A DNA stretch of 64,000 nucleotides, taken from assembly GCF_947568905.1 (NCBI RefSeq), contig NC_079173.1, positions 18,414,001 through 18,478,000 on the forward strand. Reading direction: 5' to 3'. Position numbers and translations under genes: made by a program. The notes below the pieces were generated by a model, which did not search any database, had not been told where the DNA came from, and was given only the letters and a program-made list of their open reading frames with translations. Below are positions 13,521 through 27,250 of this stretch, in pieces (position 1 is the first letter of the stretch; every line of letters starts with the position of its first letter). Source of the stretch: Ostrea edulis. Taxonomy: Eukaryota.

Positions 13521-13746
13521 CTTTCACTCATATGGTGAGGTTACTATTTCTCGTGAAGGCCTGCAAAATTTAGGCCTATTTTCGATGCTTAAGGCCTTTC
13601 AGCAGGGATGAATCTTTATCGTGAAACACTTGCTGTGGCACGAAGCCTCGGCTTTTGCAGTCTTATCCGAAGGTCTGTCCTATTTAGTCACCTCTTACGA
13701 CACGCAAGGGGTGCTAAGGACATATTTTACCCCGGAATCCCACGGG
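13521..13746 (-). mobile_element. SINE (same family as 896-1141), diverged
   Basis: CTTTCACTCATATGG...TTAGTCACCTCTTACGACACGCAAGGGG...CCCGGAATCCCACGGG is the reverse complement of the SINE, retaining the GTCGTAAGAGG.GACTAA core. Confidence 0.65.
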
Positions 13747-14171
13747 AGTGCTGGTTGTGGAACCGATGTAAGATATATGGTACTTTGTTAAACGTAGTAC
13801 ATGTACAGTGTTGTAGTGCAGTTTCTCGTGCTTTATATGGCCATCACAACATTATACTGCAATGATTATGAAAGGTGAAGATAACGAACAGTGATCAATC
13901 TATATCTGGCGACGTTTGTATCTTAAAGTCATACCGTATTAAAGGAAACTGGAAAAATATCAACCCTTCCAGACTCCTGTTGTATTTCGACATAACAAAT
14001 CATGATAATTTATGTTTAAAGTTCGTTTAAAGCTAAGTTGACAAAATGCCAATGGTTACACTGACAACCCTGTTGAATTCCACAGTTAGTGTTTAATGGT
14101 ATGAACCCTGCATTGTTCCGCGGTAAATGTTCAGTATCATATTCAATTACGCAAGCTCCCGCGGTGATTGA

Positions 14172-14353
14172 TGGAAGGTGAAGATAACGAATAGTGATCA
14201 ATTTCATAACTCCTATAAGCAATACAAAAATATAGTTGGGCAAAGACAGGCCCCTGAACACACCAGAGGTGGGATCAGGTGCATAGGAGGAGTAAGCACC
14301 CCCTGTCGACCGGTCACACCCGTCGTGAACCCTATATCCTGATTAGGTAAACG
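14172..14353 (-). mobile_element. PLE 3' fragment
   Basis: GGTGAAGATAACGAATAGTGATCAATTTCATAACTCCTATAAGCAATAC...CAGGTGCATAGGAGGAGTAAGCA. Confidence 0.75.
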
Positions 14354-17300
14354 TTAAAAATTCTACAATTATAGAGTCCTTAAGTGTGTGAACTCTGTAG
14401 TCCCACAGTGAATGGTCGATTGGGGTATTCAATACAACCACCCAGTATGGTCAGCTCTGAGTACGACGCTGTTATATGTAAATCAATCTAGATCTGAAGT
14501 GATGCTGATGAAGCTGTAGTGGGAGACGTCCTGGTCTTAAATCAGTTTCTCGGAGCTCTCCTAAATCTAGGCCTCGATATACGTTCATCCTAACTTTAGG
14601 GCATCTTAATCTGTTTGTATAAATATGGCGACAATCTTGATATTGATATGAAGAACTCATATAAATCTTGAAAGTATATTTAGAGATACGACAACCCATT
14701 AGATTGCTTAAATGTATTCAGTTGAGAAATTTGGGTTCCTCTTCTTGCCGTTCACTGTTCGTTATCGTCACCTTTCATAACATACTAATCCATACAACTC
14801 ACTAATCAAATACAAATTGGTTTGACATTTCTTTGAATAACGATTGTCCAATCATTTCTATCTATCACATTGACGAGAGTACATGTAAGTATGTCTCCTC
14901 TTTCCAGAAGGGGAACACATTGTTTATTGTGTATTAGTCTTCCGCTTTTCAGTAAAAGTTTGTCCGGTCCATAACATTTTTTGCCTTTTGACATAGGCCT
15001 TTGATATTTGATATGTTGGTATACCATGATATGAGAGTGTGTCACGTGTTATTTTTGACGACCTTTCACTTTGACCTTTTATGTAAAGGTAAAATGATAC
15101 AATGTTTTGGACATTCTTGATAATATTTGACCTTGACTTTTTATGTCAAAGTCAAATAATAAAAACAATTGGAACATGTTTTTTTTTCGGAAATGGATAG
15201 GGAGACATCAGTTTCAGTGTGCTAAAACAATTCTTTCAGCTTGTCAATGTATATTGGTTCCATTCTTAAATACTTCTCTAAAGGTAATGCGTGGCTCAGT
15301 AGTTTCGAATTGAATTCATTATAAAAAACACAATAGTAAATATATATACGTGTGTTCTAGTATCACGATATCTGTATATTTTTAGAATGCTTATTCAAAG
15401 TAAGGAAATAAATATACTAGTATATGAAACATACTTGTATGGGTTCGAGTATCACGGTATCCGTTTATCTTTTTTATTTTTATATTCAAAATTGTAAAAA
15501 AACATACTAGGTACATGCCAAACGCATATGATATCCGTTTCTTTCTCATATATTTTCTTACTTTATTGAAAGATGTAAATGGTCTTACAATTTTCTAGTT
15601 AATAACATAATTATATTGCATATACGATATCTCTAAATTTACATAAATAATACTATTTGTCTTTTCTCTACCTGTATGTGTCTAGATTTTAATTGTTTAT
15701 TCATAAATAGGTCACAAATAGTATGTGCATATATAAAATAATAAAAAATGAATAGCAATAGCCATGAGTAGTGAGGACGTCCTAACTTAAAATGTTCCTA
15801 AGATATCGAGAAACATCCTAAGACGTGTCCTAAGTTGACCTTGGGATGTTCATAACGTTTTCCTAAGTTCTGTCTTGCGACAAATGTTAAGAAAGTTTCG
15901 TGAACATGTCTGCAGGTCCCCACAAAATACTTCTGCAGACGATGAATATCTGTTTAGTGAATGCTGTATTATTTTTACGGAATTAATAGATAAAATAAAA
16001 TCACCAAACGCACCACGTGTCACACACCGGTTATTTAAACAACAAGTCAATTAGGATTCATCACACAACAGATTGACGGTTTTATTAACGGCAACCATTG
16101 TGCACAACTTTATTACCTACATATAATGTGAAAACTCAATTCGAGATTTGTAATATCACAGTATGTTGCAGCTCTTCATTCTCTGATTCTGTCGCTGATA
16201 ACGATATAATGTGAAAACTGTAAAATAACTATCTGTTGAAATTTCAGGTTTGTCTCCTTTCTCTGACTAAGTGCACGATAGCGATGTAACGGAGTAATAT
16301 TATGGAACGTAATAACATTTATGTTTATAGAGTATACATGTGTCAATTATCCTATTTGGGACCACGCAGAACTTTACCCTATTGGGGGCCTCACGTTTTC
16401 GTAGCCAATCACTAGCTTGGCAAGGCGTGCGATAGCTTGTGTTTTGCATGCGTTAGCCTTTCCATATACATGGAATTTAGTTACAATGTAATATAATTTG
16501 TAGAGTGGATAAAAGAAATTCAATATGTTAAAACACCCACCACCCCAACTTTCTTTCTCAATGCTGAAGAATACTCAGGTGCTATGCAACTTTCTATATA
16601 ATGTGGGTTAATGATGCTATGTAATGTGTTTAGATGTTTATTTTACACGTCTTTAATACTGTGTCATGATAAAAAGATGATTGCCAATAATTTGTGTTTA
16701 TTTGTCATCTTATAACGTTGTTTTTGGCCTTATTTGTTCGCCGTCGTTTTGCTCTGGTTTTGTTTTGCATTTTTATTTGTCATCCTATAACGTAGTATTA
16801 TTTTCGTTATTTTGTCTTCTTTGGGGGAAATCAGACTTTGAGTGATTTAGCCTCGCAGGTACTTTGATGCACAATTGTATTAGCTGATTTTCCCAGCAGT
16901 CTTCTGTTGAAAATTTCTTTTATCATTTTGAACTTAATGTTAGCCGACTCTAGAATGTGACATATTTTGAGTGATATTACCTTTTTTGTTCATGTCTACA
17001 GTACCCCAAAACACATACGTGGGAAAGGCATATTCCATAACCATGACTGATCTTTTTCGAAGTCCTGCTTGCTATAAAACATTCAAAACCGTGTATGTTA
17101 AGCTCTTCAATGATTACAAATTTCTAACGATGGTGTTAGTTTTGATAGAACGACGTCATGACCATGATGAGGTTTTAAAGAGTGTTGTGAGATATTCAAT
17201 GTCAGTTTAAGATGATTGTAAAAATTGCTCACTGTATACATCCATGTGATTAGGTTTATCCACTTTCTATCGTAAACACCCTTAACAAACACTAGGGAAG

Positions 17301-17769
17301 TATATAATATCTATTCTAAACATATCAAACAAAAACTACGAAAAGATGTATTTTTATTTTACGAAAGTGTATTATTTATGTTACGAAAAAAGAAAGCTGC
17401 ATATTTCTATGTCAAATGACTTAAATGTTTTTATGCCAATATGTATTTATGTTGATGGATATTTGGATGGTACTTTGTGTTTCAGGAAGAGGGAAGTCAA
17501 TAAACGCCTTTAGAATTTTTCGTATGTTAGCGGAAATTCCTGGTTATCATCATGACAATCATTATCAATAAAGGTGAAAGATCACTCCAACACAAGGAAG
17601 TTTACTGACAGTTTATCACACACCATGTCAACACGAAAACAACAGATAAACAACCTGGAAAATGAAAACAAAATGGAAAAAGACCGATGAAGCAAACACC
17701 ATAACACGGAAACTTAAAGGACACATAACATGTATTTACCACATGATTCTGTTTGGCAAAAAGATGCTT

Positions 17770-19035
17770 AAGAACTGCACACAGAATGTTTTGCCCTCGT
17801 TTTATTTTTGTCGCTTTTGCCCTCGTTGTCAGTGGACAAATTTCTCTTTTGACACAACTCTGGCAACTGTGTCTAAGCGAATTTGAAAGGGGTGATACAG
17901 TTAGCAAATGCAGAAAGGCGAAAATAACACTGATCGAAAGCAGCCTGCATACTGTACAGTAAACATATATAATGAAATAAAAACTGAGAAAGTCTCGGGG
18001 ATATACCACGATTTTAGATTTTCAATAAAGAGCAGATGATATTTCAATGAAAAAGTGAAAATAATAAACATAGATCAATTTCATAACATCTGTCGGCTGT
18101 TCACATCCGCCGCAATCCCTATGTCTTGATCAGGTAAACGGAGTATTTTGTGGTCAACATCAGTGTGTAAAGAACGGCCGCCATTGGTATGAAGCATGGG
18201 AGAAAGTACTTTCCCTAATAGCAGGTTATATTGATAAATGAGAACGTTTTAAGACCATTCATTTTGCAAAATGCTGACTTTAAATGAGAGTGTTGACTGT
18301 TCTAAGGTACGATTCAAATTGAATTTGACGATTTGATCAATCTAAATGAGCGTGTTTCTAGGCTTTGATTGGTGAAACTGATCTTTATAGAAATGAGGTA
18401 ACCGTAAATTTGTGTGCACATCTGGATATATCTCTGGATACCAAATATGAACTTCAAGTCTATTATAGGTGCTCTTATCAACTTCCTGTCAACAAAATTT
18501 TAATGAAGCTTCAATTGCTATAAAAAACATTCGGAATATAACGTCCGTCGTGAAGAGATGAATAAAATCCATGTACGTTGAGACACTACAGTATAAGTAC
18601 ATATATCCGTGGTTTCCGCAACAATCCTATCGACCAATTTAGCTAATTGCGCTTTGTTGACATATTGTAATAAGTTTAATATTTGAGACTGCATTTCCGT
18701 CCGTTACAATTTAGAATAACAGGCAATTTGATATCCAATATGATACTTTCTGAGATTCTCGAAAAAAGTTGAAATGCAGTTTATATTAGACAAAGTGTCT
18801 TACGCTACTTCATAGCATATAAAATAAGCAAAATTTACCTTTATTCCTGAAAAAGAAATAATACTGAGAGAGAGAGAGAGAGAGATATCGCATTAAGTGT
18901 CAGCGTTCTTAGGTATAGCAATGAATACAAATACCTCTATCGATCTATATGTCTATTTATACATGCTACTTTATTCTAAATGTCAAATAAAACACCCGGA
19001 TACTGTCATAATATGAGCTGATATTTTTAAAACTC
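17770..19035 (+). repeat. Local duplication, copy 1 (copy 2 at 20090-21390)
   Basis: Collinear shared anchors: CAGAAAGGCGAAAATAACAC, CGCAATCCCTAT, AAAACATTCGGAATA, TCCGTCCGTTACAAT, CTGAAAAAGAAATAATA, GGATACTGTCATAAT. Confidence 0.85.
18866..18885. repeat. (GA)n microsatellite
   Basis: Direct reading. Confidence 0.95.
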
Positions 19036-19092
19036 CGTGTATGGTGTGTGGTGTATGGTGTAGTGTTACCTAGGTAACACATAATTTATTGT

Positions 19093-19094
<2 letters not shown>

Positions 19095-19138
<44 letters not shown>
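19095..19138. repeat. (CT)n microsatellite
   Basis: Direct reading. Confidence 0.95.
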
Positions 19139-19141
<3 letters not shown>

Positions 19142-20089
19142 TTTTATCACTATATGACACCTTTAAGAAAATTCATGAAATCATACTTATCTCTGTTCCC
19201 AACCATTATCATAGATCGATCATCATACTGCAATTTATTTATATTATGCTTGAAGAATTCGTTCTAGAATTTGAATTAAAATTATCTTGGTGATTTATTT
19301 GTACACATGAATGCAAGGTGAAGATAACGAACGGTATACATATATGCTTGCATGTGTTGGTAGTACATGGTATGATACCACTGATATCAATTTAATCAAA
19401 TTCGACTTTAATAATAAAAAAAAAATCGAAAACAATAATCCATCCCATTTGTGCTATATTTTTAACCCCAGAACATACTCTTTTCAGATAGGGTAACGTT
19501 TGGAGAACTTTGCATTCAATGAAACAATCAACAGTGACTCTGTATTTGAGGAAAAACGATGGTATCCTCGATGGAGAAGAAAATGAGATTGAATTATGCG
19601 AATTCGACGTGCAATCAAATATTTGTATTTCAGAAAATTGCATGGATAGGATATGTATAAAGACCTGGGACGCTACATTTAACCATTTATCTTGATGTGT
19701 AGTGGCATTATTTCTGTTGCCTGCCTCACTTTTACTCTTATCAACAATACTCAATCGTTTGATCCTAGCATGTTTAAATCATTAAATAAGTGCTAACTGT
19801 CATTTCAGATTGGATGATAATAATATGGAGTGTGAATTATTTCACGAATGCTATATACTATAAGAAAACGCTAAACATATCTTATACATGCATCAAAACA
19901 ACAGACCTGGAGAAAATAAATAAGTGGACAAGCATAAGTAATTACGCCACATAATGGCATTTCCCATCGTATCCCATTTTAACTTATAAACAATCCTTGC
20001 TATTTCAAATATTATCAAACGGAATTCGATGGAATAACCTAGCATACATAAGATATATTTACCATATGATATTGTTTTTGAAGTTTTAA

Positions 20090-21390
20090 GAAACGCATTT
20101 TTGCCTCGTTTTAATTTGGCCTCTTTTGCCTTCGTTGTCAATGGGCAAATTTAAAACAGGGCGAATCTGCTTCTCCTCTAATCGTTTTTGACAGAAATGT
20201 AAAAGAATTTAAAAGGGGCAAAACCTTCAACAAATACAGAAAGGCGAAAATAACACGGATCCAACTCAACCCCGCATATTGTATGGTAAACATTTATAAT
20301 GAAATAACTAACACAAACCTGGAGGATACACCACAAGTTTACATGTTCAAACAGATGATGTTTCAATGAAAAGGTGAAAATAACCAAGATTTATCAATCT
20401 TAGAGCTCCTGTCGACTGTTCACACCCACCGCAATCCCTATATTTTAATCAGGTAAACGGATTTATCTGTAGTCAACATCAGTGTGCAAAGAATTGCCTC
20501 AATGGGTATGAAATATGTGACAGTGTTTTACCCAATATTATGGTGTATTGGTAAATCAGAATGTTTAAAGGTAAGAAAGTTTGCAAAATGCTGACTTTCA
20601 ACTGCAGTGTTAAATGCTATAAACAAAGATATCCGTTTGCCCGTTTTAAGAATGACATAGAATTGAAAAGAAATTAGAATATTGGATATCAGACATGGAT
20701 TTCAAGTCTATTGTATTTGCTTCTTATCAACTTCATTGAAACAATTTTAATGAAGCTTTGATTGGTATAAAACATTCGGAATACAACGTCCATAGTGAAG
20801 AGATTAATAAGTTCCGAGTACTTTCAGACACTACAATAAAAGTACATATATCCGTGTTTTCCATAACAATCGTTTTCGATAATTTAGCTAACTGCGCTTT
20901 GTTGGCATATTGTGATATAAATATTTTTTGATATTGCACTTCCGTCCGTTACAATATAGAATAACAGTCAATTTAACGTTTAATATCATACTTTCTGAGA
21001 TTCTCGAATAGGGTTACGATGCAGTTTATGATAGACAGATTGCCCTAAGTTACTTCATAGCATATACCATCAGCAAAAATTACCTTCATTCCTGAAAAAG
21101 AAATAATANNNNNNNNNNNNNNNNNNNNNNNNNNNNNNNNNNNNNNNNNNNNNNNNNNNNNNNNNNNNNNNNNNNNNNNNNNNNNNNNNNNNNNNNNNNN
21201 NNNNNNNNNNNNNNNNNNNNNNNNNNNNNNNNNNNNNNNNNNNNNNNNNNNNNNNNNNNTTAAATTTGTGTATAGCAATGAATGCACATCTATCTATCGA
21301 TCTGTATGTATATTTATACATGCTACTTCATTCTAAATATTAAAACACCTGGATACTGTCATAATTTGAGTTGATATCTTTAACATTTCG
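20090..21390 (+). repeat. Local duplication, copy 2
   Basis: See 17770-19035; spans the N gap. Confidence 0.85.
21109..21259. other. Assembly gap (151 N)
   Basis: Direct reading. Confidence 1.
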
Positions 21391-21631
21391 TGTTTAACAA
21401 ATGAAACACCCAATTTCCTTTGTTACTGTTGTAAAACCTGGACGAATATAAAGTCATTTTTCTTCAAATGAATTAAAGCACATTGTATGTTTAGAGCGCA
21501 AAAGCACATGGTATGTTTAAAGACTAAGTAATTATATTGATGGGAACGTTAACTCCGGACTATCTGTGTCGCTTTCGTTATGTGCGTGTCTGGTTACTTC
21601 TTGAAGACGGTTCCATCTGAATGCACATAAT

Positions 21632-21844
21632 TACTGTATATCACGAAATTAACTCGCGGAGGTAATTTACGATATATTCGCTGAAACAAAATTTCCGCGA
21701 ATTCAACATTCAGTGAATTAATATTTCATATTGATACGAAATTGGGTTCAGGGTATTAAGATTTGGTTTTCCGTGAATTAAACCGACCGCGATTTTTTGC
21801 GAAATGAAAAAAAAATTGCAATTTTTTTAACCTACTATACAGTA
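21632..21844. mobile_element. Tc1/mariner-type MITE (TA-flanked)
   Basis: TACTGTATA...TATACAGTA terminal inverted repeat, ~210 bp, no coding capacity. Confidence 0.65.
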
Positions 21845-22223
21845 AATCCTTAGTATTTTCTGCTGATTTTGCAAGTTTTACTCTCTGCTTTAACACTAAA
21901 GATTTACAAACATACATTCTGAATAGAGAAGGAGAATGGGTTGATTCCTTTATATTATCTCCTATCCAGTGTTGAATATCTACCACTGCACAAATTATTA
22001 TAAGGCAAAAATTCCAAGTATTTTCTTGGATATTCCCGATATTTGTTTTAATGGACACGGATATGCATATGCTGACACGAGATCAGATGACGTACGTCCT
22101 TGCGTTAGAGACAGGGTCCATAATGACTCAGCTCTTGTACTAACAAGGAAGAAAAGGTTGAATAGCTATAGTTTAATGAGATTAGATAAATTAAACTGTC
22201 CATTACATACATATGTAATAACT

Positions 22224-22402
22224 ATGCGGCTGGTGGTTCGGGTGTCTGTTGTGCTCTCTGTGCTTTACAGCCAGGGGACGAACGCCTGTCCTGACGAGTG
22301 TTACTGTGAACAGTCATCTTACTGTAATGGGACTTCTGTACATTGTGGTTCTAGAGGACTGAGCGGAGTACCAACTAACATCCCCACGGACACTTGTTAT
22401 AT
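22224..22402 (+). CDS. Exon 1 of a secreted/cell-surface LRR protein: signal peptide + LRRNT
   Basis: MRLVVRVSVVLSVLYSQGTNA|CPDECYCEQSSYCNGTSVHCGSRGLSGVPTNIPTDTCY: hydrophobic leader, CPxxCxC...VxCxxxxLxxVPxxIP LRRNT motif, ends AT|GTAAGT (phase-2 donor at 22403). Confidence 0.92.
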
Positions 22403-23402
22403 GTAAGTTATTCGAAGCATCTTAGAAAGTATAACACATGTTAACAAGGTTAAATAGTTGTTATAGAGCTATATTAATTGTGTTATTGCATTATGGGAAC
22501 ATTTTTTTTCGTAAATGAAATCCCGCAATTAACAAATACATGTGATATAAAAACATCAGCGTTATAAGACACGTATTTTTAATTCTAACAAATGATATAA
22601 ATAGTCAGTGTTTGAAGACACGCCTTTAAAAAAAAGAATGCATTGGGATCTATACACTGCGTTCAATGAATTCTATCAGCGTACTGAGGTTGTCGTTAAA
22701 CGTCATTTCTAGGTTCATTTAAGAAATAAGGATAGCACATTCCGGTGTGAAGCATCACACTTAGGGGCCCGTGTTTGGCCAACTCTCTATTCTGGATTTA
22801 TGAGATTAATCACTGTTCGTTATCTCCACCTTTCACAGTTCATACCTAAATTGTTTTCTAAAATGAAATTTCTTTTTTATATTTACGTTTTCCTCTCACC
22901 TCTGTCCGACTTCTTATACACAGTATATATATCAAATATATATACGTTCATACTTGCTTTACTAAGAATTAAATTGCGTTTGTGAATATTTGTTTATCAT
23001 TACATTTTGTAAATATACCAAAGGCAAAAACATCGGAAAGGTAATGATGCCAAAGTGATAAGTATTAGTTGGAATGTAGATTCGTTGTAATGCTACACAT
23101 GCTCATCAATTATGCAGTACTTATGCAGTACTTTTCGGGTTGCGAAATCTAAAACTCAGATAAGATACAGTACGAATCTATATCGATGGCCTCAAAAACG
23201 CAGACGCTTCTCCATAAATGTCAAAATACGGACACTTCCATATTGTTTAAAAACGAGTGAACATAATGAGGATGGTGAACTTGTTTTGCATTGTCAAATC
23301 TGTAGTTTGATTCTGCTTGTATTGTGCAAGGTGGATGACCTGTATAATTTAATAAATGATATAATTTATATGTATAAATTAATAATTAATGTATAATTTA
23401 TA

Positions 23403-23670
23403 AAAACACGGAACACTAGACATACCAAAGGAAGGATCAGGTGCTTAGGAAGAATTAACAACCCGCGTTAACTGACCACAACCGCCATGAGACCTATGTC
23501 TTCATCAGGTAAACGGAGTTAACTATAGTCAAAATCAGAATGTAAAGAGCGGTATATATTGCTATGAAATACGTTAGACAGCATTCGATAAAGTAGTAGT
23601 TCGTATTTGCAAATTTACCATTATGACAATCATAAAATTCGCAAAATGTTGACTTTAAAGAAGACTATAT
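23403..23670 (-). mobile_element. PLE 3' fragment
   Basis: GACATACCAAAGGAAGGATCAGGTGCTTAGG...TCAGGTAAACGGAGTT...GCAAAATGTTGACTTTAAA. Confidence 0.65.
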
Positions 23671-24272
23671 TGAGAATCGATAAATGAAATGTCGTCGACA
23701 TATATAAACGACGAAATAATGGTCACATCAGGATGTTTTTCCATTGCCACAGAAGATGAAATTAAAACCAATATACTAGTTGATGGATTTCAGTTTTACA
23801 CATTATGATAATATCTTATTAGTGTAGCCTGACATGGGGTAATGGTAATGTGCAATGGTTATGTAAGGACGGCCAATTTCACTGTAATGGGGTGTAATGG
23901 GTTTTGTTACATTGCAAGAAATGTTAATCTAATATATTAGTTGTAGAAAATATATTGTTTTGCTCATTCCAGTATACCCATCACATTTACATTACGTCAA
24001 ATATTTGATGATATGTTGGAGGTTTAGATCAATTCATTATATTAGTGATTGATTTTTAGATTTTTAGACTTTATGAACAAAACGCTTAACTTCATGGCTA
24101 TTGTCTTTAATAGTTAAAAGCATTTATTGAACCACATTTTAGTTCTAATACCTATGGTAAACCAACACAAAATATTTATTGAATGTTTATCTAGGGTTAT
24201 TTGTAAGGTTTCAAAGTAGACTGTTGTGAACTGTTTTCAGAAATTCTATCTATATTCTTCTTTCTATCTGAG

Positions 24273-25032
24273 TGAAAGGTGAAGATAATGAAGAGTATCA
24301 ATCTCATAACTCCTGTAAGCAATATAAAATAAAGAGTTGGGCAAACACAGACCCATGGATATACTTGTTAGAGCCAATGAACACATACTTTCAACAAAAA
24401 TGGAAAAGGGAAACATTCTTATTAAGTGATCATTCATCTAAAATAATCTCTGATTCCACGCACAAGTACTCTGAAGTTGAAATAAAAAATATGCTACAGT
24501 TTCTCTTTGACAATATCTTCGTGGTCTTCGGTGAGGAAGTTTTCCAATAGTCTGGTGGAATTCCCATTGGTTTGAATCGTGATCCTTTGTTAGCTAATGT
24601 GTTTCTATATTCATATACAACATAATTTATTCTGCGTATATTCAGTTGTTAAATCGAGACAAGCTACTAACAAACAAGTTGATGGTACAATGATTTCAAC
24701 ATTCTCGATTGAAGATAACATTTTGCAAATGTTGTGGTCATTATAGCGATCTAGTTCGTTAATACAACCTATCATTGGGTCAAATGCTTTCTGACGTGTT
24801 TTATACCGATTGTTAGACCGTTCTTGGTACACTGATTTTGACTACGGATAACTCCATTTACCTGGTCAGAATATAGGGCTCACGGCATGTGTGACCGGTT
24901 GACAGGGGATGTTTACTCCTCCTAGGCACCTGATTCTACCCCTGGTGTGTCCAGGGGTCCGTGTTTGCCAAACTATCTATTTTGTATTGCTTATAGGAGT
25001 TGATATTGATCACTGTTCGTTATAGTCGCCTG
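24273..25032 (+). mobile_element. 5'-truncated PLE (RT relic) carrying an inverted copy of its own 3' end at its 5' side
   Basis: 24273-24355 is the reverse complement of ~24955-25030; internal KYSEVEIKNMLQFLFDNIFVVFGEEVFQ*SGGIPIG is the RT motif region. Confidence 0.8.
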
Positions 25033-25119
25033 TTTTAGCCAGTTAATGTTACCAACTATAGTACTAGTGATAGAAAAGAAAGCTGACCACATCAGCACTG
25101 CTATATTTTAAAGCTGGAT

Positions 25120-26610
25120 AAATTTTCCTTTTCCAATTGTTGAAAGTTCAAATTTTAGGAGAATTGTTGGAAAATTGGACCGACCCCTGATATCAGATGC
25201 CCAGTCTTAAATGTCTTTCAAAGAAATCATTCGTGAGAAATATATGGAGGTAAAAGGGAATCTTAAAATTCCACTTTCTCAAACCAAAAGCATATACTTA
25301 ACTATGGATTTGCCGTCATATAGACATATAGAAGCTTTCATAGGAATTACTTGCTATTTCATTATATATTGGACAATTTATTCTGTAACATTATGCTGCA
25401 AACTGTTTAAAGAGAAACATTCTGCAGAAAAGACCCGCGGAGATTAGAAACAAACACTTGCAGTTTGATATTGGAAACAAAATGTGCACCATAGTTACTG
25501 AAAATCACTCAAATATGGTTAACATATATAAGATTTTCTGGCCTGGTTTTCATTTTGACAATGAAGATGAGTCTGAAGATAATGATAATGCATGGGGCAA
25601 CAATAAGGGGATGCCTCCTCCTCCTAGGCACCTGATCCCATCTCTGGTGCTTGTCTAACTATCTATTTTGTATTGTTTATATGATATTGATCATTGGTCG
25701 TTATTTTCACCTTTAATGGATGACACAGAAAATGAGGACAAGGAAGATAATATTGAACACTTGCCAAAACATTCTAAATGCGCACTTCCTGTAGGGGGTT
25801 CTTAAGAATGGTTTGAAGAATTGTTCTTTTTATTTAAACAATATAATTGCCAAAGCATCTCAAATTGTTAACTTTGTCAGGAGATCAATTCATGCATCAG
25901 AGTATTTATAATATGAATGAAGATAACAGGGCTCAAATGCAATCAAGTGGGACTCTCAGCTGAAAATGATCAGATCCGTCTTGAAGAGAAACTCAACAAT
26001 ATAAATAGTTCCTTGCATCAAATGAGCGTAATATATTTAAGGACTTAATTAACATCCATCCTCGACCCATTTGAATACGAAACACTTCTGATACAAGGAA
26101 ATGAAAGTGTTAGTCTTACTATTCCGTTCATTCTTGAACTTAAACACCAAGTCCATGCAAATATTTTATCTTTAGTGTACAATAACAAAATGATGAGCGC
26201 ATCGAAATAATCTTTGTCATTGCTACTTTCTGTGTTTGAATATCGGTATTTCATTTTAGTTGCAGTATTAAATCCAAAATTCTAGATAAGGCGGTGTTAG
26301 CCTCAGTAAATCAATAGCTAGTAAAAACGAAACATTGAAATATGCAGTTCTATCTCAGGAAAATTATAATAACGAAGAAGCCGATGAAGAACAATTACTT
26401 CCGCCAAAGAGAGTTTAGAAATATTTCTTCAGATTTATGTCTCAGTCAACTATTGAGATAATTCGAGATAAGTCTGGAGTGTCAGGAATTGATAGATATC
26501 TGTCTGAGCCATGTATTGATATGCATGATAGTGTTGTAAAATTCTGGAAAGACAATAATTGTAGATATCTAATACAACATTGAGATACCTAGCTATTCCT
26601 GCCACTTGCG
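25120..26610 (+). pseudogene. Decayed hAT (ZBED-like) transposase
   Basis: Fragments across frames: SIYLTMDL...FIGITCYF...LCCKLFKEKHSAE; FDIGNKMCTIVTENHSNM; KASQIVNFVRRSIHASEYL; LVAVLNPKF; IDRYLSEP...FWKDN...YLAIPATC (dimerisation domain). Stops, frameshifts and a PLE insert at ~25610-25715. Confidence 0.85.
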
Positions 26611-27152
26611 TTCAGTATTGAATGAAAGATATACAGAACAAGTCAATGTTTTCTGAAATATTGATGACAAAATGCAATAAATAACTTAGATACATTTCTG
26701 AAATTCATTGATATGCTGTGTTTATACTACTGTATCTTTTAATTCATAAATCCAGTGTAAATAAATATTTTTCAACCATTTGTTTAGTATCAGTATGATA
26801 TGTAATGTGTAATGCAATGTACTTTCAATTACATTTCAAAAGTATATCAGATCGCGCACTTTGTCGATAGTTGATTGTTGCACTTGAAATATCAATTAGA
26901 ATGATTATTTATGTGATAAAACGATATTGTGTAGATATATTTGTCTATTCTCATACTGATATTGTATATATTTTCCTAATGTATTTTGAATGCGGAAACC
27001 TCATAATAATACAAAACCAGATCATATGAATTTGCTCCAACAGATGTAATTAAAACCAAATGATGGTTTTCATTTTCATATATCATAATACATGTACAGC
27101 ATAATTGTAGCGTTGATCAATAAAGGTGAATCAATATATCTTTATCATTTAG

Positions 27153-27202
27153 AGAACTGAGCTACGATAGCGTAACAACGCTAAAGAATGGGGTGTATGA
27201 TG
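27153..27202 (+). pseudogene. Degenerate LRR cassette exon (5' two-thirds only)
   Basis: GCGTTGATCAAT...ATCATTTAG|A GAA CTG AGC TAC GAT AGC GTA ACA ACG CTA AAG AAT GGG GTG TAT GAT = ELSYDSVTTLKNGVYD; LRR Asn replaced by Asp; no GT at +72. Confidence 0.7.
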
Positions 27203-27250
27203 TTTATTATCACACTACTACTATCTCAATTGACAGACCCTGAGGCGTAC

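Noticed and set aside
19488-19750. Possible exon (…ELCEFDVQSNICISENCMDR…; LMCSGIISVACLTFTLI)
   Set aside because: Needs frame changes, has no clear donor and no recognisable family.
21969-22223. N-terminal 85 aa of ORF 21969..22406
   Set aside because: Starts at a non-ATG codon and has no recognisable features; the signal peptide begins at ATG 22224, and the apparent stop at 22404 is inside the GTAAGT donor.
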